DNA of 39,253 bases from a bacterium (GTDB lineage Bacteria; Desulfobacterota; DSWW01). The stretch spans positions 1 through 39,253 of the forward strand of contig JBFLZG010000015.1 in the NCBI GenBank assembly GCA_040756235.1, read 5' to 3'. This document shows, piece by piece, positions 26,619 through 35,176 of the stretch. Below the pieces are notes generated by a model. That model saw only the letters and a program-made list of their open reading frames with translations. It did not search any database and was not told the DNA's origin. The translations under genes were made by a program, and so were the position numbers. Positions within the stretch are counted from its first letter, which is position 1. Every line of letters starts with the position of its first letter.

Positions 26619-28046
26619 TCAAACGCGCGCATATCTCTGCAGGACAGCGTTCATTTGCTCCTGAACCGAGGCCGGAAGCGGTTCGGGCTTGTGGGTCGCC
26701 AAGATGTTCCGCAGGTCCCGGTCGATCACGTCCTTCAGGTCCTTCCTGCCCTCCTGGTCCCACGACTCGAAGGTCCTGGACGCAAAATACTTGATGGGCG
26801 AGATCTCCTTCCGGCAATGGACGGCCGTGTGCATCTCACCCAGGAAGTCGCCCCCAGGGCCGACCTTGTGCGTAACGTCCAGGGCCAGAGTCTCCTCGTC
26901 GACCTTCACCCCTTTCCACATGCGGCGCGCTGTTCCGATGAGCTCATGGCAGAGCAGGAGCGCGTGCAGCGAGTAAGCTTGAAGCGCATCGACGGCGCCG
27001 GCGTACGAGCTGCAGGTTGGCTGGCTGAAGATGCTCGCCATCATCGTAACGGTGATACCGAGGACGGCTTCCTGGTTGAACTCTTTGCCCGCATTGATTC
27101 CGGCATTGGCAAAGCTCACCGGCAATCCAAGATGGCGCCCGAGCTGACACTTGACCATTTCCGCAAGGGTGAATTCGTTGAGGGATCCCAGATTGCCGGT
27201 CGTGGGATCCATGAAGCCGACGGTGGACCCGACCATGCAGAAGGAGCCTTTGTTGAGCAATTGGCTGAGGACCAGGCCGGCCAGATCGGAGGCAAAGCAA
27301 TGGACCACATTGCCGGCGATGGTTATGGGCGCGTTGGCGCCGCCGATGGTCGCCGTTCCCACGGCCAGTGGAAGTCCGTTTTCGACCACCATCAGCAGTT
27401 GTTCCAGGTCGTTCTTCGTATACCACAGGGGCATTCCACTGACAGCCGTGATGAAATAGGGCTTTTCCTTGAGCTGAGCCAGGCCGCCCCGGATGGCGGC
27501 GGCCATCTCGATGGCCGCCGCCAGGGCAAGCGGGTCCTCGAACACCGCTTCCCATGGCTTCGTCGAGCTCCCGGCGATGGCCGCAAATCGGTCGATCTCG
27601 CTTGCCTTGAGCCACACGAGCAGCAGGTCGATGTCCGGAAGCGCATCGGCCACGCGGCTGATCATCGCAAGGTCTTCGCTTGTGCAAGGCCTGCGCTCGC
27701 CGGTGTCGATGTCCACGACGTTGGGAGCGGAGAGATTGGTCGCAAACAAGGCATGAGGAAGGCTGAGTTCAATGGAATCGTTGCCGGGCCGGTTCCAGAC
27801 TCTGGCGCTTCTTGCCACCGAGTCCATGCAACTGCGCACCAGCTCCGTGGGGAACTTGACGATCGCCTGCGCAGAGACCTCGCACCCGGCATCGGAGAGA
27901 GTATCCATGACTCTGGGCACGGGGTCGAATTTCACTCCGGTCTCGCGCAGCAATTGAAAGATGGCATCGGTGATCTTTTGAAGCTCGGGATCGCTCAGAG
28001 GCGCATGGGGATTTGTGTTGCTTCGATAGGCCCTTTCGTTCAGCAT
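26619..28046 (-). CDS. MttB-superfamily (trimethylamine methyltransferase family) protein, non-pyrrolysine, #1
   Basis: LLRETGVKF, VKFPTELV, DIDTGERRP, GGANAPITIAG, DEETLALDVTHKVGPGGDFL..HT and HKPEPLP. The ORF has no in-frame amber codon. Confidence 0.88.
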   Translation of the reverse strand: MLNERAYRSNTNPHAPLSDPELQKITDAIFQLLRETGVKFDPVPRVMDTLSDAGCEVSAQAIVKFPTELVRSCMDSVARSARVWNRPGNDSIELSLPHALFATNLSAPNVVDIDTGERRPCTSEDLAMISRVADALPDIDLLLVWLKASEIDRFAAIAGSSTKPWEAVFEDPLALAAAIEMAAAIRGGLAQLKEKPYFITAVSGMPLWYTKNDLEQLLMVVENGLPLAVGTATIGGANAPITIAGNVVHCFASDLAGLVLSQLLNKGSFCMVGSTVGFMDPTTGNLGSLNEFTLAEMVKCQLGRHLGLPVSFANAGINAGKEFNQEAVLGITVTMMASIFSQPTCSSYAGAVDALQAYSLHALLLCHELIGTARRMWKGVKVDEETLALDVTHKVGPGGDFLGEMHTAVHCRKEISPIKYFASRTFESWDQEGRKDLKDVIDRDLRNILATHKPEPLPASVQEQMNAVLQRYARV

Positions 28047-28091
28047 CTCTGCTTCTCCTGCTGGACACGCACGTGAAAAGGACAGCCGGTA

Positions 28092-29414
28092 TCAGCTCGG
28101 CGGCATCCCTCCCCATCCGCAGACTCTCTTCACGGCCTCTCGGCCGCTGCACATCGCGGCCTCCATGCATTCTCCGCCTAGGACGCTGCTGACAAAAGAA
28201 ACCCCTCTCAGCTTCTTCGCCCCGTCAACGAAGTCCAGGATGCTGCGATAGGATCCCGGGGGGTAGATCGCATTCACGAACTTGTGCCGATGGACCTTTG
28301 CATCCTCCACCCAGTTCGAAAGACCGGGCACCGTCAGCTCGAAGTCTTTCAGGGCCTGCTTCAGCACTACATCGTCGGGCTCTGCGAGCAGGTCCAGCAC
28401 CGTGGGGTGAATGCCGAAAGCGACCAGCACGCTCTTCCCGCTCCGCACCGTCTCAGGAGCCTTGACCAGCTGGTCGATTGCATACGAATACCTCTGCCTG
28501 AGCTTGGGATCGTTGAAATAACACCAGACCCTCTTGTCCAGAGGCCGGTCGAGAAAGAGAATCGGCATGGGATATTGAACGTACTGCACCGACTCGAGAA
28601 ATCGGCGCTGCTCCTCGAGCTCCTCGGGCATCAGCCGAGCGGCGGCATCAGGGGTGGCGGCAACGATCACGTGGCCGGCCTTGCGGATCGAGCCGTCGCC
28701 TTCCATCTGCACACCGGCCACGCGGCCCTTCTCCATCACGAGCTTGCGAACGGGAGACTCGTATCGCACCGGGACATGCCTGGCCAGCGCATAGGCGAGT
28801 GAAGCGACGCCTCCCGTCAGGGAAATGTACTTCGCGAGGGTGACATGGCTGAACATGTTGACGAAGTGACAGAAGCTCATGAGCTCCGGCACCACCAAGC
28901 CAATGGCCTTGGTCGACATGGCCACGAAGTAATCCCTCATCGGCCCATCGAAGCGGGAGGAAAATGCATCCAGCGCCCCCATCTCGTCGTGCTCCGGTAT
29001 GTATTCCGTGATCGAATACTTAGCGGCGCGGCCCCGGAACAGGACATGCCTCAGGAAGAATCCATACATCCTCAAATTGCCGCGCAGACCGAGATTCTTC
29101 CAGTATGGGACATGGGGGTCATACAGGCGCGTGGAGCCGTCTTCGAACCCCATCTTGATCTTTCCCGAGAAGATTCTCCGGGTCGAGGTCAGGTTCACGG
29201 CATCCATGAGCTCGAAGGCGTAGCGGAAATTGGAGTGATAGAACTGCGCCCCGATATCCACCTTGTCGCCCCGGTGCTCCAGCAGGATCGTCCGCCCGCC
29301 CGGGCGGGCCGAGGCCTCCAGCACTTCGACCTCGCATCCTCGCTTCCCGAGCCAGTAGCCCGCCGACAGCCCGCCCAACCCCGCCCCGATGATGATGACC
29401 TTCCTGTTTTCCAT
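28092..29414 (-). CDS. FAD-dependent oxidoreductase, amine oxidase/PPO fold, #4
   Basis: MENRKVIIIGAGLGGLSAG, RPGGR, DIGAQFYH and a C-terminal RVCGWGG. Confidence 0.85.
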   Translation of the reverse strand: MENRKVIIIGAGLGGLSAGYWLGKRGCEVEVLEASARPGGRTILLEHRGDKVDIGAQFYHSNFRYAFELMDAVNLTSTRRIFSGKIKMGFEDGSTRLYDPHVPYWKNLGLRGNLRMYGFFLRHVLFRGRAAKYSITEYIPEHDEMGALDAFSSRFDGPMRDYFVAMSTKAIGLVVPELMSFCHFVNMFSHVTLAKYISLTGGVASLAYALARHVPVRYESPVRKLVMEKGRVAGVQMEGDGSIRKAGHVIVAATPDAAARLMPEELEEQRRFLESVQYVQYPMPILFLDRPLDKRVWCYFNDPKLRQRYSYAIDQLVKAPETVRSGKSVLVAFGIHPTVLDLLAEPDDVVLKQALKDFELTVPGLSNWVEDAKVHRHKFVNAIYPPGSYRSILDFVDGAKKLRGVSFVSSVLGGECMEAAMCSGREAVKRVCGWGGMPPS

Positions 29415-29473
29415 CGCTTGCTCCTCGGAGAAACTGTCAGGCATGAAGGTTCGGTCGGACTCCCTCCGGCCTC

Positions 29474-30904
29474 TCAAACCATCCTGTATTTTTCAACAAT
29501 GGCATCGAGCTGCTTCTGAACGGAAGGGGAAAAAGGCTCGGGCTGGTGCGTGGCAAGAATCTTCCGCAGGTCCTCGTCGATCATTTGCTTCAGATCTTTG
29601 CTTCCCTCCGCCTGCCATGTCTCGAACGATTGGGACAGAAGGTACTTGATAGGAGACAGTTCTTTCCGGCAGTGGATGGCGGTGTGCATCTCGGCAAGGT
29701 AGTCACCGTGCGGGCCCAGCTTGTGCGTGAGATCCAGCGCCAGGGTCTCATCGTCCACGCGGATGCCCTTCCACATGCGGCGCGCCGTTCCCACCAGCTC
29801 GTTGCAGAGCAGCAGCGCATGCAGCGAATAGGCCTGGAGCCCGTCGATTCCGCCCAGGTATACGCAGCAGGCCGACTGGCTGTAGATGCCGGCCGTCATC
29901 GTATGGGCGATATCGAGAGCGGCTCTCTGGTCGAACGCCTTGCTCAAGGTGACCCCGGCGTTGGAATAATGCTGCGGCAAGCCAAGATGCTGACCAATCT
30001 GATGCTTGGCCATCTCCGCCAAGGTGCACTCGTTCATCGCCCCGATATTGCCTGACCTGGGATCCATGAACGTGATGGTGGAGCCGATCATGCAGAAGAG
30101 GCCTTGCCTGAACAGTTGCGTGAGCACAAGCCCTGCAAGATCCGAGGCGAAGCAGTTGACGAGGTTGCCCGCAATGGTCATGGGCGCGGAGGCGCCGCCG
30201 ATGCCCAGGGTTCCCACCGCCGACGGAATGTCGTTTTCTGCCAGGATCCGCAACTGGTCGAGGTCGTTCTTGCAGTAATACATCGGCATTCCGCTGACAC
30301 TGACGACGAAAAAGGGTTTTTCCTTGAGCCGGGCCTTGCCGCCCCGGATGGCGACGGCCATTTCGATTGCCGCCTGCAGGGCACGGGCATCCTCGAATGC
30401 CACGTGCTGGGGCTTCATCGAGTTCGCGGCGATGAGCGCGAATCGGTCGATCTCGCTGATCCTGCACCAGACGTCCAGCCCGTCGACGTCCGGGAGCGCG
30501 TCGGCCACGCGTGCGATCATGGCAAGGTCTTCCCTGGTCGTGGGCCTGCGCTCGCCGGTGTCGATATCCATGACGTTGGGAACGCCGCCGATGTCCGTCA
30601 TGAAGACCGAATGAGCGAGGCTGAACTCGATGTAGCCGGTGCAGTTCCGGTCCCAGACCTTGACGCTCTTGGCCGTCGAATCGATGCAGCCGCGAACCAG
30701 GTCGGTCGGGAACTTCACGATTCCGTTCGATGAGATGTCGCACTTGGCGTCGGAGAGAATGTCCATGACTTCAGGCACCGTATCGAACTTCACGCCGGTC
30801 TCGCGCATCAGCCGGAAAATGGCGTCGATCATCTTTTGCAGCTCCGCATCGGACAGGGGAGCATGCGGGTTCGTGTTGGCTCGATGAGTTTTCTCGTGAA
30901 CCAT
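29474..30904 (-). CDS. MttB-superfamily methyltransferase, non-pyrrolysine, #2
   Basis: Same motifs as #1 (GGASAPMTIAG, DDETLALD, GPHGDYL..HT). AGGAG RBS before the ATG at 30904. Confidence 0.88.
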   Translation of the reverse strand: MVHEKTHRANTNPHAPLSDAELQKMIDAIFRLMRETGVKFDTVPEVMDILSDAKCDISSNGIVKFPTDLVRGCIDSTAKSVKVWDRNCTGYIEFSLAHSVFMTDIGGVPNVMDIDTGERRPTTREDLAMIARVADALPDVDGLDVWCRISEIDRFALIAANSMKPQHVAFEDARALQAAIEMAVAIRGGKARLKEKPFFVVSVSGMPMYYCKNDLDQLRILAENDIPSAVGTLGIGGASAPMTIAGNLVNCFASDLAGLVLTQLFRQGLFCMIGSTITFMDPRSGNIGAMNECTLAEMAKHQIGQHLGLPQHYSNAGVTLSKAFDQRAALDIAHTMTAGIYSQSACCVYLGGIDGLQAYSLHALLLCNELVGTARRMWKGIRVDDETLALDLTHKLGPHGDYLAEMHTAIHCRKELSPIKYLLSQSFETWQAEGSKDLKQMIDEDLRKILATHQPEPFSPSVQKQLDAIVEKYRMV

Positions 30905-30990
30905 GTAAGTCACTCCTTCCTACCGAGGCGGTTGATTCTCCCTCTCCGCCTGGTCGTGGATCGTCCATCCCGCGGGTCGCGTTCGCGCCT

Positions 30991-31626
30991 TCACAGCCCG
31001 ATCAGCTTGCGAGCTTTGTCAACGGCTGAGGCGGCGTCGGGGGCGTAGCCGTCGGCGCCGATCTCGTCGGCGAATTTCTGCGAGACCACCGCGCCGCCGA
31101 TGATCGTCCGGACTTTCCGGGTCAGACCGGCCGCGCGCAGGCCGTCCATCGTGGCCTTCATGCTCTGCATGGTGGTCGAAAGGAGCGCGGACATCCCCAC
31201 GATCTGGACCCCTTCCCCTCTGGCAGCCTCCACGAATTTCTCGGGCGGACAGTCGATCCCGATGTCCATGACCTCGAAGCCGGCTCCCTCGAACATCATT
31301 CCGACCATGTTCTTCCCTATGTCGTGCAGGTCTCCCTTCACCGTGCCGAGCACCATCTTGCCCACGGGCTTGACTCCGGTCTCCACCAGCTTGGGCTTCA
31401 ACACCTCGAGCCCTCCGTGCATCGCCTTGGCCGCAACCAGCACCTCGGGAAAGAACATGTCGCCGCTCTTGAATCTGACGCCCACCACGTCCATGCCCGC
31501 GATGAGGCCGTTCGCGAGGATCTCTCCGGGGCTCAAGCCATCGGTCAGGGCCTCCCTGGTGAGCTTCTTCACCTGCTCCACATCCCCTCTCTGCAGGGCC
31601 TCTGAAAGCCGCCTCAGGTCCGCCAT
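30991..31626 (-). CDS. Methyltransferase corrinoid (B12-binding) protein, MttC/MtbC-like
   Basis: Cap domain GLIAGMDVVG.RF...MFFPEVLVAAKAM, GTVKGDLHDIGKN (DxHxxG), GMSALLSTT, IIGGA and GADGYAPDA. Confidence 0.93.
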   Translation of the reverse strand: MADLRRLSEALQRGDVEQVKKLTREALTDGLSPGEILANGLIAGMDVVGVRFKSGDMFFPEVLVAAKAMHGGLEVLKPKLVETGVKPVGKMVLGTVKGDLHDIGKNMVGMMFEGAGFEVMDIGIDCPPEKFVEAARGEGVQIVGMSALLSTTMQSMKATMDGLRAAGLTRKVRTIIGGAVVSQKFADEIGADGYAPDAASAVDKARKLIGL

Positions 31627-31675
31627 CTCTCTTTCCCCCTTGTGTGAAGATCTCTCGCAGACATCCCTCTTGGGC

Positions 31676-32791
31676 TCACGCATCCGGCTGTTCCCGTACG
31701 GTCACGCCCAGCTCCCGGAGGACCCGGAGCGAAGGCTCCGGCTCGATCAAATGCCCCATCATCCGAACACCTCCAATCCCCTGGAAGGAACCGGAGCCAT
31801 ACTGGCGCAGGAAGGCGGCCACCGCTGCGCCGGTGGCATGATAATTGTCCTCGTGCTCGATCACGAGCCGCAGCCTCCTGAGCCGGCCCTCCCGCTCGCC
31901 CCACGCCTCCAGCGCGATGCTGCATCCGCTGGGCTCATGCGCCATTCGTTTGGACAGCCAGAAGATGAGCCGGCCCAGGGTCGGCCACCCCAGGCGCGGC
32001 CTGATCTTGTACAGCCCGACGATCAGACGCTTCACCACATAGTCGACCATCCAGTTGGGGCTGGCTCCCCAGAGGCTGAGCTCCTCCAGCCCCAGCTGCT
32101 CCGGCAGCGCATACAGTTCCGGCATGTCGATCGAAAAGGCCTTCCGGGTGCCGAAGCGGTCTCCAAAATTCATGGTCACCGTGTCCCGGATGGACCTCTT
32201 CCGCCACGCCCCCTGCTCGAAGACCATGGGTCGGCTCTTGACGATGAAATCGAAAGCGTCGTAGACCTGCTCGAATCGCTCCGCTGTCTTCAGGCTCAGG
32301 GCAATCCCCACCCGGGCACCGCGCAGGCGGTCGCAGGAGCCGCGGGCGAAACGAACGACCGTGGCCACCATCCCCGGGGCGAGCCCGCCCTGGGTCACGA
32401 GCAGCCGTCCGGCCCCTTCCGCCTCTTGCCCGAACCGGTTCACGGTCTCCACCACGTCCGGGGCATCGAGGATATCGAAGTAGTCGCAGCGATTGTCCAG
32501 GCAGGCCCTGACGACGCCGGCCGTGTGCCTCGCCGTCGTCGAGGTGACGATCACGAGATCGGCGGCTTGAAAGGCATCGCCCAGGCTGGACGGGCTCGCC
32601 GCGTCGGCACGGCAAGCCCCGACCCTCTCCCCCGCACCTGTCTCGCGCAGGCGGTTCGCCAGTCCTTGTGCCTTTTCCAAGCTTCGGCCGGCGATCACAA
32701 CCGATGCATCGGTGCGTTCGAGAACAGCGCGCACGACCGATCTGCCAGCCTGCCCGTACCCTCCCAGGACCACGATCCTGTTCGGATGCAT
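31676..32791 (-). CDS. Saccharopine dehydrogenase-like NAD(P)-binding oxidoreductase
   Basis: IVVLGGYGQAG, VIAGRSLEKA, VVRACLDNRCDYFD, GGLAPG and YHATG. ATG at 32791. Confidence 0.78.
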   Translation of the reverse strand: MHPNRIVVLGGYGQAGRSVVRAVLERTDASVVIAGRSLEKAQGLANRLRETGAGERVGACRADAASPSSLGDAFQAADLVIVTSTTARHTAGVVRACLDNRCDYFDILDAPDVVETVNRFGQEAEGAGRLLVTQGGLAPGMVATVVRFARGSCDRLRGARVGIALSLKTAERFEQVYDAFDFIVKSRPMVFEQGAWRKRSIRDTVTMNFGDRFGTRKAFSIDMPELYALPEQLGLEELSLWGASPNWMVDYVVKRLIVGLYKIRPRLGWPTLGRLIFWLSKRMAHEPSGCSIALEAWGEREGRLRRLRLVIEHEDNYHATGAAVAAFLRQYGSGSFQGIGGVRMMGHLIEPEPSLRVLRELGVTVREQPDA

Positions 32792-32861
32792 TGCGGCCCC
32801 TCCGTTTCCCGTGAGCGTCGGGGCCTGGACGTTCCCCCCGGCTCCCCCACCCTTGCGGCCC

Positions 32862-33287
32862 TCAGGATATGGGCTCGACGCGCACCTTGAACACGACGCT
32901 GCCCAGACCGCCGTTCTCGAATCCTGGGTCGATGCAGTCGACGTTCTCCATGGGAGCCGCGACCTCCCGGTTCTGCACGTAGCGGTCGAAAAGGATGGAA
33001 CACGAGCGCGACAGAGAGGCGATGGCGCCCGGGCACAGAGGGCAATCCGAGGCATCCTTGTCGATCTGGGAGGCGTCGACGTTGACGACGATTTTCTGAC
33101 CGATCCTGCAGCCGGCCGCACAGCATTTGGACTTCGCCACCTCGGCCACGAGCCGGTATTTGCCCATGTTCGTCATCGCATTCTTGAAGCCTCGCTCCTG
33201 CTCGGGAGTTACCTTGGCGAGGTCCTCTTCGGTCATTCCGAGCACATCCTTGGCCATGGATCGCAGCACCGGGTCCTTCATTTCCAT
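32862..33287 (-). CDS. Small Cys-motif protein (TIGR04076-like), paralog A
   Basis: AEVAKSKCCAAGCRIGQKI…LCPGAIASL…CIDPG…GGLGSVVFKVRVE. AAGGAG RBS. Confidence 0.65.
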   Translation of the reverse strand: MEMKDPVLRSMAKDVLGMTEEDLAKVTPEQERGFKNAMTNMGKYRLVAEVAKSKCCAAGCRIGQKIVVNVDASQIDKDASDCPLCPGAIASLSRSCSILFDRYVQNREVAAPMENVDCIDPGFENGGLGSVVFKVRVEPIS

Positions 33288-33313
33288 GCTCCTTTGGCGG
33301 ATCTGCCGTGGGG

Positions 33314-33736
33314 TCAGTCAGCCCTCACTGCACGCAGCTTGAGATGAACCTTGCCCATCCCTCCGTGTTCCAGCCCCGGGTCCATGCAGTCGTGCTCGAG
33401 ATCGGCATAAATGGACTTGTTGGGATCGATGCCCTCGCTCAACAGAGCAAGCATGACTCGTACGTACATGATCAGAGGCGCGACGGCGCAGAGGCAGGGA
33501 CGAGGGGTAGTGCTCTTTTCGATATTCAGAAAGGGATAATCGATGACGATCTTGTCGCCTTTCTTGTGCCCTGCGAAGCAGTTCTTCGCGTCCGTGACCT
33601 CGGCGACGATCGTCCACTTCCCCATCTTCTCGTCGATATTGGTGAACAACTTTTTCATACCGGGAGAGAGTTTCTCCACTTCCTTGTCGGTAAAATTCGT
33701 GGCTTGCTTCAGGAACTGAAGGTCTTTCTCATTCAT
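33314..33736 (-). CDS. Small Cys-motif protein (TIGR04076-like), paralog B
   Basis: AEVTDAKNCFAGHKKGDKI…CLCAVAPL…CMDPG…GGMGKVHLKLRA. AGGAGG RBS before the ATG at 33736. Confidence 0.65.
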   Translation of the reverse strand: MNEKDLQFLKQATNFTDKEVEKLSPGMKKLFTNIDEKMGKWTIVAEVTDAKNCFAGHKKGDKIVIDYPFLNIEKSTTPRPCLCAVAPLIMYVRVMLALLSEGIDPNKSIYADLEHDCMDPGLEHGGMGKVHLKLRAVRAD

Positions 33737-33811
33737 GGTCGGTCCTCCTATCGATCCTTGGATCCCGCGGCGCCCTTGCGCGACTGCGCTCGATCCATTC
33801 ACGGCGCTCCG

Positions 33812-35068
33812 TCAACAGTAGGAAGTCTCCATGATGTCCCTCGGGCATCCATGAACCGCATAGGCACCCGTCTCAGTGATCACCACCAGGTTTTCATGCT
33901 GGAATCCACCCATGCCGCCCATATTTCTCAGCCCGCCCTCCCCGATTCCGAGAGATTCCACTTCGAAGGTCATTCCGGGCTGCAGGATGATTTCTTCCTC
34001 CGTACGTCCGAGGACCGGCGGCTCATGGACATCCAACCCGATGCCATGCCCGAACATCTCGAAGCTGCCCAGTCCAGCAGGCTCGACAACACGGTTGACG
34101 GCCTGCCAGACTTCTCTGCCCGTGACGCCGGGCTTCATCACCGCCACGGCAGCATCGAAACCTTCATGTATCACCCTGTGGCTCTTCTTCCAGCTTTCCG
34201 TGGCAGGACCCACGTTGAATACTCTTCCCATGTCGGCCCAATAGCCCTCATAATTCAGGATCATGTCTATATACAGAAGGTCGCCTTTGTGGATCGCCGC
34301 CCGTACGTATGGCGTGTCCCACATTCCCTCTCTCTCGGGACCGCAGCAGATATGGCCGCGCTCCACGTGGTCCGCTCCGTTCTCGTATGCAGTCAAAAGA
34401 AATATCCTGCCAACGTCATATTCCGTCATGCCCGGCCGGTACTTTTCCGCCACCGCGGTCATCGCCTGCTTGTGAATGGCGGCCGCCCTTGTCAGCCTCT
34501 CGATCTCCAGGGGCGATTTCGTCATCCGGCATCCCCAGATCACCCTGTCGCCGTCCACGAATTGCGCCTTCGGCAAGGCGTTCATCAGGGTCTGGATGTC
34601 ACATAAAGGCCTCGGAATATACATATGCCCAAGCCGGCCGTTCTCGATGGCAATCCTGCTCTTTTCGTGGCCCATATCCTTCACGGTCTCGGCCACCTCT
34701 TTCGGGAACCCCCTTTCCGAGCTCAATTGATGCACATCTTCCTGACCCCGGATATCCCGCACCCAGCTCATCCCCTCGATCGTCCAGCGGAAGAGCTCCC
34801 CGGCAACGGCAACGGGCTCTCCCTCTGCGGGTATCAGGGCCACCATGGGCTGGATGCTGGGGATGACCCAGTGCATGGACCTGTACGCCGTGAAATACTT
34901 ACAGTTATTCGGACTCCAAAGCATCAGAAGGTCCACCTGGTTCTCCTTCATCAACCTTCTTGCTTTGTCTATCCGCACCCTCCACTCGGCGTGAGGGACA
35001 TCCGGAAATGAGGGCTGCGGACCGTACAGCTCAAATCCCTGTGGTTGCGGGGCCTTCTTCAGCATCAT
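33812..35068 (-). CDS. M24 family metallohydrolase #3
   Basis: Close paralog of M24 #2 (FPDVPHAEW, YEGYWADMGR, GHGIGLDVHEPP, HENLVVITETG). Confidence 0.88.
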   Translation of the reverse strand: MMLKKAPQPQGFELYGPQPSFPDVPHAEWRVRIDKARRLMKENQVDLLMLWSPNNCKYFTAYRSMHWVIPSIQPMVALIPAEGEPVAVAGELFRWTIEGMSWVRDIRGQEDVHQLSSERGFPKEVAETVKDMGHEKSRIAIENGRLGHMYIPRPLCDIQTLMNALPKAQFVDGDRVIWGCRMTKSPLEIERLTRAAAIHKQAMTAVAEKYRPGMTEYDVGRIFLLTAYENGADHVERGHICCGPEREGMWDTPYVRAAIHKGDLLYIDMILNYEGYWADMGRVFNVGPATESWKKSHRVIHEGFDAAVAVMKPGVTGREVWQAVNRVVEPAGLGSFEMFGHGIGLDVHEPPVLGRTEEEIILQPGMTFEVESLGIGEGGLRNMGGMGGFQHENLVVITETGAYAVHGCPRDIMETSYC

Positions 35069-35114
35069 GGTGAAACGTCCTCCCTTTTCCGTCGTGCATG
35101 AGTGTGACCGGTTC

Positions 35115-35175
35115 CATGTTTTCCGACAATGGCATCGAGCTGCTCTTGCACAAAAGGAGAAAACGGCCGGGGGTC
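35115..35175 (-). pseudogene. Relic 3' end of an MttB gene
   Basis: Translates to DPRPFSPFVQEQLDAIVGKH, compared with the MttB #2 C-terminus QPEPFSPSVQKQLDAIVEKY. Shares ACAATGGCATCGAGCTGCT exactly with the MttB #2 3' end. Confidence 0.7.
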
Positions 35176-35176
35176 G

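Noticed and set aside
5263..29414. Calling the four flavoproteins hemY/hemG
   Set aside because: The fold is similar, but there are four copies, no tetrapyrrole genes nearby and a divergent C-terminal motif.
31627..31675. Cobalamin riboswitch ahead of the corrinoid or MttB genes
   Set aside because: The intergenic gaps are too short and no B12-box is recognisable.
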